Assembly (NCBI GenBank): GCA_963675595.2 | Contig: CAXXLZ010000001.1 | Location: 1,536,001-1,600,000, forward strand | Length of the DNA stretch: 64,000 bases | Source of the DNA: Thermodesulfobacteriota bacterium | GTDB lineage: Bacteria; Desulfobacterota; Desulfarculia; JACQYL01 | Direction: 5' to 3' | In this document: positions 56,588 to 64,000 of the stretch, in pieces | How positions within the stretch are numbered: position 1 is the first letter of the stretch | Layout: each line of letters begins with the position of its first letter | Position numbers and translations under genes: made by a program | The notes under the pieces: generated by a model | The model's input: only the letters and a program-made list of their open reading frames with translations | Databases searched by the model: none | Told to the model about the DNA's origin: nothing

Positions 56588-58702
56588 ATGACCGAACCGA
56601 AAATCCTGACCATGGAGAAGCTCGATACGGGCGTGGGAATCCTGACTTTCGACGCTCCCAATACCCCTATGAACACCATCAGCGATCAAGCCACGCTGGA
56701 ACTGGCGGAATGGATCGACCAGGCCGAAAAAGACAAGGACCTCAAAGCCGTCGCCCTGTTGGGCAAATCAACCAATTTCATTGCCGGTGCGGATATTTCC
56801 GAAATCCAGAAGATCACGAAAATAGAGGAAGCCGTGCAATTGAGCGCAAGGCTTCAGGGGTTGCTCAACCGCCTGGAAGCCCTGGACAAACCCGTCATTG
56901 CCGCGATACACGGACCCGCCCTGGGTGGAGGCCTCGAGCTGGCCATGGCTTGTCACTACCGAATCGTTTCATCGGCCGACGCCACGGTACTCGGACTTCC
57001 GGAGGTTAAGCTGGGGCTTCTGCCCGGAGCCGGGGGCACGCAACGCCTTATGCGTTTGATTCCCCTTCAGGACGCCATGGAGGCGGTTTTAACGGGCAAG
57101 AACATTCGGCCTCGGGAAGCCCTGAAGCTCGGTCTGGCGGATGAATTGGCCCTTCCCTATCGAATCAGGGAAACCGCCATAGAGCGCGCGACACAGATCG
57201 CCCGGGGCGAATTCGTCATCAAACGCAAATCACCACCCATGCCTCCGGCCAAGATGTTGCCGGCGCTTTACGAACAAGCCAAAGCCCGTATCGCCAAGGA
57301 GGCACGTGGAATCTTTCCCGCCCCCATGGAGATTCTCGAGTCCATGTACAAGGGACTCACGGACGGCATGAAGGCCGGTTTGGACGAGGAATCCAAGCGA
57401 TTTGGAACGGTTGTGATGTCCAAAGAAGCCTCCTCCCTGATCCATGTGTTTTTCTCGGAGCGAGGTTCCAAGAAGGATATGGGACCCGCCGCGGGAGTCA
57501 AACCGAAACCTGTTGCGAAAATCGGCGTGCTGGGCGCCGGCATCATGGGACACGGTATCGCCGCCGTCAAAGCGGATGCGGGCTACCTGGTGCGCATGAA
57601 GGACCGTGACCTCGGTGCCGTATCGGCGGGTCTGAAAGCCGCCTCCGATGTTCTTCGAAAAACCTGGATCAAACGCCCGAGAGGAGAATTCGAGTATCGC
57701 AGGCGCATGGATTTGATCAGCGCCTCTCCCGACTACAGCGGGTTCGAAAAAGCGGATGTGTGCATTGAGGCCGTGTATGAGGACATCGATCTCAAACATC
57801 GGGTCATCAAAGAAGTGGAGGAGGTGCTCCCCGACCACGCGATCTTCGCCTCCAACACCTCCGCCATCCCCATTACCCGATTGGCGGAGGCATCCAAGCG
57901 GAAAGAGCAGTTCCTGGGAATGCACTACTTCTCTCCGGTGCACAAGATGCCCCTCATTGAGATTATCGTCACCAAGGATACCTCCAAAGAGGCTTTGGCC
58001 ACTGCGTGCATGCTGTGCGCCAAGACCAAGAAGACCCCCATCATCGTCAACGACGGAGCCGGTTTCTTCACGAGCCGAGTGATCTCCCGTTACATCCAGG
58101 AAGCCATGTTCATGCTGGATGAGGGAGCCCGCATCGAGGATATAGACGCAAGCGCGGTCAAGGTCGGATTTCCCGTGGGGCCGGTCACGGTGAGCGACGA
58201 AGTCGGACTGGATACCGCGGCCAAGGTGGGACACGTACTCCTGGAGGTGTTCCAGAATCGTTTCTCACCGTCTCCTCTTCTGGACAAGCTGGCTGAAGCC
58301 GGGAGAATGGGACGCAAGAACGGTCTGGGATTCTACGAGTACGGAGACGGAAAGAAGAAGGGCCCCGACGCTTCCTCCTATGCTCTTACGGCCCAAGGGG
58401 CGGAACGCGTCTCTTTGACTCCCGATGAGATCAGTAATCGTCTTCTCCTCGCGTTCTGCCTGGAGTCCGCTCTCTGTCTCGAAGAAGACATCCTTCGAAA
58501 TCCGAGAGATGGAGACATCGGCGGGATCATGGGAATCGGTTTTCCGCCGAACCTGGGCGGTCCCTTCCACTACATGCAGACCCGCGGAATTGCGGCCGTG
58601 GCGGATGACCTGGCCAAGCTGGAGGAACGCTTCGGGGGCAGATTCCAGGTTCCGCAGATTCTGAAAGACATGGCGGGTTCGGGAAAGGTTTTCTTTCCCT
58701 GA
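56588..58702 (+). CDS. fadJ: Fatty-acid oxidation complex alpha subunit, FadJ-like
   Basis: FIAGADI, GGGLELA, GLPEVKLGLLPGAGGTQRL, GAGIMG, SNTS, GMHYFSPV.KMPL.E, GRKNGLGFY. Confidence 0.88.
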   Translation: MTEPKILTMEKLDTGVGILTFDAPNTPMNTISDQATLELAEWIDQAEKDKDLKAVALLGKSTNFIAGADISEIQKITKIEEAVQLSARLQGLLNRLEALDKPVIAAIHGPALGGGLELAMACHYRIVSSADATVLGLPEVKLGLLPGAGGTQRLMRLIPLQDAMEAVLTGKNIRPREALKLGLADELALPYRIRETAIERATQIARGEFVIKRKSPPMPPAKMLPALYEQAKARIAKEARGIFPAPMEILESMYKGLTDGMKAGLDEESKRFGTVVMSKEASSLIHVFFSERGSKKDMGPAAGVKPKPVAKIGVLGAGIMGHGIAAVKADAGYLVRMKDRDLGAVSAGLKAASDVLRKTWIKRPRGEFEYRRRMDLISASPDYSGFEKADVCIEAVYEDIDLKHRVIKEVEEVLPDHAIFASNTSAIPITRLAEASKRKEQFLGMHYFSPVHKMPLIEIIVTKDTSKEALATACMLCAKTKKTPIIVNDGAGFFTSRVISRYIQEAMFMLDEGARIEDIDASAVKVGFPVGPVTVSDEVGLDTAAKVGHVLLEVFQNRFSPSPLLDKLAEAGRMGRKNGLGFYEYGDGKKKGPDASSYALTAQGAERVSLTPDEISNRLLLAFCLESALCLEEDILRNPRDGDIGGIMGIGFPPNLGGPFHYMQTRGIAAVADDLAKLEERFGGRFQVPQILKDMAGSGKVFFP

Positions 58703-58882
58703 TCCTGCCGCCGCCAACACCCAAGGGGTCGCCGGTTCAAGCATCCGGAAACGACCCCTAAAGGGGGAAGTGCGAACGGAGAAGATTGCCGTTCAGGCGC
58801 AACAAACCGTCTATACGAAACTTGGTCCAAATACTCGGAGATGCCGTGTCCCGGCATCTCCGCATCTCTGGAAGGATAAGTC

Positions 58883-60013
58883 ATGATTGAAAAGTTCGAA
58901 CGAGCGAACCAGCCCATGACGCTCAAGAACCCTGTGGTTCAAGAGTTGAAGGCGGCCGGCAAAAAGGTTTTCGGTTACACCTGTACCAACTTTCCCGAGG
59001 AAATCCTTTACGCCGCGGGGATCATCCCCGTTCGCGCCATAGGGGCCCCGGGGCTGACCGGCGAAACCGGTCCGTTGCAGCCGGCGGCGCAATGCTTCAT
59101 CGCACGAGGCAACATGGAAATGGCTTTGGGCGAAGGTTTCTCCAACCTGGACGGTTTCGTGATCACCAACACCTGCGACATGGCCCAGAACTTCTACGGC
59201 GCCCTCGAATACTACAAGCCGTTTCCTTTCTGTTACTTTATTTCCAGACCTAACATCGCTCACTCGGAACCCGCGTTGAAGTTTTTCAGATACGAGATCG
59301 ACATGTTTATCAAGGCCGTCGAAGAATACGTGGGCAAGCCCATTTCCGAAGACGATCTTTCCGAGGCCGTTGCGACCTACAACACGAATCGTCGCCTCCT
59401 GTCGGAGCTGTATGATCTTCGAGGAAAATCGGAGCGACCCAAGATATCCGGCTCGGACTTTACCAAGGTGATGATCGCTTCGTTCTACATGGACAAGAAA
59501 GAGCACAATCAGTTGTTGGAGGGCTACCTGCAAGAACTGAAAAAAGCCCCAGGCATGGAAGGGGAACCGGTCCGAATTCATCTCTCCGGTTCTACCTACC
59601 CTGATACCGACATTTTCGGGTTGATCGAGGAAACCGGAGGTTTGGTGGTCTCCGACGATCTCTGCGTCGGCACGCGGTACTTCATGAATCCGGTGCGAGA
59701 GGACAGAAACCCCGTGGACGCTTTGACGGACCGGTATCTCAACAAACTTGCCTGTCCCTGCATGCATCAGGGGGGAAAATTGGATGAGCGCTACAACTTC
59801 ATTACGGCGCAATTGAAACAGAACCGTGGTCAGGGAGTGCTGTTCGGTCTCCAGAGATTCTGCGATACCCACCTCGTGGACTATCAGGCCCTGAGGTATC
59901 GTCTGGAACGCGACGGGATTCCTTTCCTGTATCACGAAGTGGAAACCACTATCGGCGCGGGCCAGCTCCGCACCAAACTGGAAGCATTCTATGAGATCGT
60001 GAAGGGGGCGTAA
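58883..60013 (+). CDS. 2-hydroxyacyl-CoA dehydratase beta-type subunit (BcrC/HgdB family), second copy
   Basis: GYTC..FPEEILYAAG..PVR, NTCD, DDLC.GTRY, CPC, FCD.H, TKLEAF.E. Confidence 0.88.
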   Translation: MIEKFERANQPMTLKNPVVQELKAAGKKVFGYTCTNFPEEILYAAGIIPVRAIGAPGLTGETGPLQPAAQCFIARGNMEMALGEGFSNLDGFVITNTCDMAQNFYGALEYYKPFPFCYFISRPNIAHSEPALKFFRYEIDMFIKAVEEYVGKPISEDDLSEAVATYNTNRRLLSELYDLRGKSERPKISGSDFTKVMIASFYMDKKEHNQLLEGYLQELKKAPGMEGEPVRIHLSGSTYPDTDIFGLIEETGGLVVSDDLCVGTRYFMNPVREDRNPVDALTDRYLNKLACPCMHQGGKLDERYNFITAQLKQNRGQGVLFGLQRFCDTHLVDYQALRYRLERDGIPFLYHEVETTIGAGQLRTKLEAFYEIVKGA

Positions 60014-60015
60014 CC

Positions 60016-61341
60016 ATGAGTAACTCCGATTCGAAAAAAGCCACCTCCAAGTCCATCAAGTCCCTTAAGACCGCAAATGAAGTCTTTACCAACGTCTTGG
60101 AGTATTACAAGCGAGGCTATGAAGCCAAGGCCTCGGGCAGCACCAAGATCGTGTATCATACGGGTTGGGACCCAGTGGAGATCGATTATGCCATGGGTCT
60201 GATCCCCATGTTTCCCGAGAATTTCTCGGCGGCCTGCGGCGCCACCCAGCTCTCGATTCCACTGATTGAAGTTGCGGAATCCATGAACGCCCCGGAAGAC
60301 TTGTGCTCCTATTTTAAAAATCACTACGGGTTCATGAAAGGCACCTTCCCTGAGGAGGTTCTCAAGCCTCTGTCCAGGATTCGAATCCCCGATCCCGACA
60401 TGGTGGCCTCGTGCAAGAACCTCTGCAGGCTGCACCCTCTTTGGATGCGCATCGTGGCCGAACATTACGACGTACCCTACTTCTCCATCGACAGCCCCGT
60501 CATGCCGCCGCGATATGACAAGAATCCGTTCGCTTTCGAAAAGCAGTGGGGCGGGCACATCCGTCAGCAAATCGGGAAAGAGGCCATAGAATACGGTGTT
60601 GCTCAGTTGAAGCAATATATCGCGTTTCTGGAGGAGCATTCCGGCAGGAAAATGGACTATGACCGGCTCAAAGAGTGCGCCGCTCATTCCGCGAGAATGG
60701 GCTCGCTCTACAACGAAATTTTTGAGCTGCGTAAAAACGTCCCCTGTCCCGCCGGCGGGGAAGACCTCAATACACTGGTGTTCTTCGCTGTGACCATGGC
60801 GGGCACCAAGGAGGCCGCCGACTTCTATCAGCGGGTCGTGGACGAAATGAAGGAACGTGTCGCCCAGGGTAAGGGGGTTCTTGAGAACGAACGTTTCCGA
60901 TTGGTCTTCGACGGGATTCCACCCTGGTTCAATATGGGCCTGTTCAACTACCTCCACAAGTTCGGCGCCCTCTCCGTGGAGGAGCTCTATCCCCGTCTGT
61001 GGTGCGAAACCGTTGACCCCGAAAAACCCCTCGAGAGCTTGGCGATCAAGTACATGTACAGCATGGGGCACACCACTACCTTTACGCAGTTCCTCGAATA
61101 CAACAGAGATCGGGTCAAGGATTGGAAGATCGACGGGGCCATTTTGTGGAACCTCACCACGTGTCGGCTCATGGCCGTAATTCTGAATCCCAGAGACAAG
61201 ACTTCCTTCGAAAGGGAGCTCGGGATTCCCGCTCTTATGCTCGATGCGGACCAGGTGGACCCCAGGCGGTTCGCCCATGCACAGGTCATCAGTCGAATCG
61301 ACGCCTTCATGGAGATGCTTGAACAACGAAAGTACGGTTGA
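60016..61341 (+). CDS. 2-hydroxyacyl-CoA dehydratase alpha-type subunit (BcrB/HgdA family), second copy
   Basis: PENFSAAC, DLCSY, PDPD...NLC, PCP, ERFRL.FDG.PPW, TCR, DADQVDPR, RIDAF.E. Confidence 0.88.
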   Translation: MSNSDSKKATSKSIKSLKTANEVFTNVLEYYKRGYEAKASGSTKIVYHTGWDPVEIDYAMGLIPMFPENFSAACGATQLSIPLIEVAESMNAPEDLCSYFKNHYGFMKGTFPEEVLKPLSRIRIPDPDMVASCKNLCRLHPLWMRIVAEHYDVPYFSIDSPVMPPRYDKNPFAFEKQWGGHIRQQIGKEAIEYGVAQLKQYIAFLEEHSGRKMDYDRLKECAAHSARMGSLYNEIFELRKNVPCPAGGEDLNTLVFFAVTMAGTKEAADFYQRVVDEMKERVAQGKGVLENERFRLVFDGIPPWFNMGLFNYLHKFGALSVEELYPRLWCETVDPEKPLESLAIKYMYSMGHTTTFTQFLEYNRDRVKDWKIDGAILWNLTTCRLMAVILNPRDKTSFERELGIPALMLDADQVDPRRFAHAQVISRIDAFMEMLEQRKYG

Positions 61342-61357
61342 TCCCGAACAACAATGA

Positions 61358-61389
61358 GAAACGGCCGTCTTCTGAGGGACGGCCGTTTC
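61358..61389 (+). terminator. Stem-loop after the fadIJ-dehydratase operon
   Basis: Perfect 12-bp stem GAAACGGCCGTC / GACGGCCGTTTC starting 16 nt after the stop; U-tract is short. Confidence 0.6.
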
Positions 61390-61598
61390 GCTGTTATCGG
61401 AGAAAGGATTGTTTGCTGAGTGTAATGTCCACGGTTGGGCGTCGGTGGCCGGATTTCAGCAATGGCGATAATTCCGGATCGAACATCCGGATGAAAACAA
61501 ACCCCGTCGGCAATAGACTTTCAGTTTCGGACAAGCGAAGACCGTCGACGCCCTCTCACTCGGCTAAAGCCCCTTCGGAACTGCGCGGGTGCGAGCTC

Positions 61599-61853
61599 TC
61601 AGCCTTCTTCCTGAGCGTAAGGTTTGGGACCCAGTACTTCCGCATACTTCTCAAGCATGACTTTGAAAGATACTTTGAGTCGGGTGCGGTACAGGACCCT
61701 GCCCCCCTCCTCGACCCTCACGTCCATGCGGGTTACCTCGGCCACTCTCAAATCATCGAGAGTTTTGCTGGCCACCTCGATGGCATCTTTGGCCGCGGCT
61801 TCCCAGCCGGTGTAACTCGTTCCGACCAGTTCGATGACCTTGTACGTGCTCAT
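61599..61853 (-). CDS. Dodecin family protein
   Basis: MSTYKVIELVGTS..GWE.AA..A.E.A.KTL.DLR.AEV...YR..LKVSFK; AAGGAG RBS. Confidence 0.9.
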   Translation of the reverse strand: MSTYKVIELVGTSYTGWEAAAKDAIEVASKTLDDLRVAEVTRMDVRVEEGGRVLYRTRLKVSFKVMLEKYAEVLGPKPYAQEEG

Positions 61854-61905
61854 GACCGCTCTCCTTCCGTGCTGAAGTTATCGCCTAGGGTTCTCCTTCT
61901 ATTTA

Positions 61906-61936
61906 ATTATAACTTACACCAGGTCGGATCTGTCAA
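61906..61936 (-). promoter_or_regulatory. Consensus -35/-10 hexamers with a 19-nt spacer upstream of dodecin
   Basis: Minus strand TTGACA-19 nt-TATAAT. Confidence 0.45.
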
Positions 61937-62085
61937 ATTTCACGACAAAGCCGGATCGACCTTGGAAGAACCTTTCGGCACCGAGGCGGCATATGCGCCT
62001 CGGCTATGTCCGGAGATTTTTGCGGCCGACGTCTTTCAACCGGTCGTAATGCCTTCATGCTTGCCGTAAGACGGCCGTTCACCAA

Positions 62086-62997
62086 TTACAGACGTTCACC
62101 GGGGGTCAGACCGGCGCTCTTGGCAAACTCCCCCGCCCCGCCTTTACCGGAAGCGGTTCGCACTTTGGTGATCCGAATCACTCCCCCGTCCGCGGCCACG
62201 TCCAAGCCTTGATCTTCCACGGTCACGATGGTGCCCGGGGCCTGGGCCACGGGTTCATCACGGAACTTGGCTCCGTAAAGCCGTACCTTCTCACCCCTAA
62301 TTGTTGCATACGCGCCGGGTTGAGGATCACACCCGCGAATCAGGTCATAAATTTGACGAGCGGGCCGACTCCAGTCCACGGCGGCTACCTTGTCGTCACA
62401 GGGAGGCTCATAAGTGGCGCCCGCCTCGTCCTGCACGGTGCCGGCGGCCTTCCCCTGCTTGATCATATCTACCGATTCGAGGAGGGCATCCACGCCCATG
62501 GGAAACAGTTTGTCGAAATACAGGGACCCGGTGGTATCTTCGGGTTGAATTGGGACACGCTTTTGAAGCAGGATAGGGCCGGTATCGATTCCGCCGTCCG
62601 GCCTGAATACCGTGAGCCCCGTTTCGGCATCACCCATAATGACCGCCCAGTTTATGGCACTGGCCCCCCGGTGCCTGGGCAGAATCGACGGATGGTAGCA
62701 GATGGCCCCCATGGGCGGGACATCGAAGAATTTCTCGGGGATGATATCCGTAACAAACGCCATCACCAAAAGGTCGGGATTAAGGGATTTGAACTGCTCG
62801 AATGCATCCGAAGTCTTGTAACTTTCGGGCTGGTAAACCGGGATTCCGCGCTGCACTGCGGAAGCCTTGAGCGGGTCGTCTTTCCCGCCGGGTTTATCCG
62901 CTGGGACATAGACGGCGATTACGTTGTCCCCTCGATCCGTCAACGCTTCCAGCACCTTGGCGCCAAAAGGCGCCTGACCCATTACCACGATGCGCAT
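62086..62997 (-). CDS. Formyltransferase (Fmt-like), resembling the 10-formyl-THF dehydrogenase N-terminal hydrolase domain
   Basis: ICYHPSILPRHRGASAINW, D.GIDTGPILLQ, SLYFDKLFPMGV, QDE.GATYE, IRGCDPQPGA. Confidence 0.85.
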   Translation of the reverse strand: MRIVVMGQAPFGAKVLEALTDRGDNVIAVYVPADKPGGKDDPLKASAVQRGIPVYQPESYKTSDAFEQFKSLNPDLLVMAFVTDIIPEKFFDVPPMGAICYHPSILPRHRGASAINWAVIMGDAETGLTVFRPDGGIDTGPILLQKRVPIQPEDTTGSLYFDKLFPMGVDALLESVDMIKQGKAAGTVQDEAGATYEPPCDDKVAAVDWSRPARQIYDLIRGCDPQPGAYATIRGEKVRLYGAKFRDEPVAQAPGTIVTVEDQGLDVAADGGVIRITKVRTASGKGGAGEFAKSAGLTPGERL

Positions 62998-63258
62998 CGT
63001 CCTCTCCTTTTCGGCAGGTTGTTGTCGGATTCTCCCGGGCCTTCGCCCGGCCTGCTAACAGACATGGGGAAAAACTGCATCGGTCCCGATCGTGAATTCC
63101 CGGGAACCCTGCGTCGGCACAGGGATCGGGCATTACGGAAACGCTTTACCACTCTGATATCACATCCGTTGCGGACTTCAAACCATCTTCATCGGGACGG
63201 CGTTCCCTCTCCGGCCCATTAACGTCAACATGCAACACACAATCAGAGAGACCTCACT

Positions 63259-63810
63259 ATGTACCAGAATCAGCGATATCCACGTGAAACCGTCAGAAAA
63301 TATGGGTTGGTACATGCCATATTCGGAACGGGACCCGGCAAGACCAGTCGAGCCATCGGTCTGGCAATCAGGATGGCCGGCACCGGTGGACGGGTCGTTT
63401 TCGTCCAATTCATGAAATCCGGCGATTCCTCAGAGGTCAAGCTGCTGAGCCGAATCCCCAACATTGAATACCTCTGTCCCGGAAAAATGCCTTTCATTCT
63501 ACCCAAAGGACCCAAGAAGGAGCATTACGAGCACGCGGAGCAAGCCTTGGCCTGGGCCGTGGAAAACAGCCGGAACGGGATCGATCTTCTCATATGCGAT
63601 GAGATTCTGGACGCGCTCTATTTTCGGCTTATCAGTCTCGACAACCTCCTTGATCTCATCCGAGGCAAGAACAACCGAACAGAACTCGTGATGACGGGAG
63701 CGGACCTGCCTCAGGAGATCTTTGCCGAGGCGGATTACGTGACTCAACTCATTCAGATCAAACACCCCTATTACAAGGGAGTTCACGCCCGCGAGGGAAT
63801 CGAGTATTAA
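63259..63810 (+). CDS. Cob(I)yrinic acid a,c-diamide adenosyltransferase (CobA/CobO/BtuR)
   Basis: GLVH..FG.GPGKT, VQFMK, CDEI, ELVMTG, ADYVT, KHPY..G..AREGIEY. Confidence 0.88.
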   Translation: MYQNQRYPRETVRKYGLVHAIFGTGPGKTSRAIGLAIRMAGTGGRVVFVQFMKSGDSSEVKLLSRIPNIEYLCPGKMPFILPKGPKKEHYEHAEQALAWAVENSRNGIDLLICDEILDALYFRLISLDNLLDLIRGKNNRTELVMTGADLPQEIFAEADYVTQLIQIKHPYYKGVHAREGIEY

Positions 63811-63968
63811 GACGATCGCTCAACGATAAATGGTCCGAGATTTCTTGTGATGAACCTCCGGACGGAGCCTGAACCGCACTCTCTGTACGGATGTGGACGG
63901 CCGTTTCCCATCGCGCCGACGATTGTGCTCCGTCCCCGATCATTCGTATACCGAAGGAGGAATGCCCG

Positions 63969-64000
63969 GTGCTGATCGATTCGCACGCACACCTTGATGC
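63969..64000 (+). CDS. TatD-family hydrolase, 5' end (truncated by window edge)
   Basis: AGGAGG RBS, then GTG CTG ATC GAT TCG CAC GCA CAC CTT GAT = MLIDSHAHLD. Confidence 0.65.
   Translation, partial: MLIDSHAHLD

Overview
A 64 kb GC-rich bacterial window, probably from an anaerobic Desulfobacterota/deltaproteobacterium (inferred from gene content: nifB-like end, AOR, radical 2-hydroxyacyl-CoA dehydratases, DUF362/DUF2889-like proteins). I found no rRNA, tRNA, CRISPR array or transposase. The left third (1-23 kb) is accessory. It holds the 3' end of nifB, a CpxRA-like two-component pair, a 1294-aa secreted polysaccharide-lyase-like protein, a non-canonical LysA-like decarboxylase, a SNF2/SWIM pair and chemotaxis sensors. 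It also holds a three-gene module: a CHAT protease-STAND NTPase-TPR protein with nine exact 120-nt, A/T-richer repeats, a Zn-ribbon protein and a 3-TM protein with Pycsar-effector-like topology. That module is the best candidate for an undescribed defence/cell-death system. The right two-thirds (23.7-63 kb) is an anaerobic acyl-CoA catabolic island: TetR, a ThDP enzyme of 2-hydroxyacyl-CoA lyase type, two 2-hydroxyacyl-CoA dehydratase pairs with no activator in view, three thiolases, an LvaA/LvaC (ACAD10/11)-like kinase-dehydrogenase pair, ETF, AOR, an acetylene-hydratase-like Mo/W enzyme and fadIJ-like genes. It may encode an O2-independent alpha-oxidation or a formyl-CoA C1-elongation route. 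Three families of small palindromic/MITE-like repeats occur, mostly just 3' of stop codons, and one copy appears to be translated in frame. All calls come from motif recognition by eye; no database searches were run.
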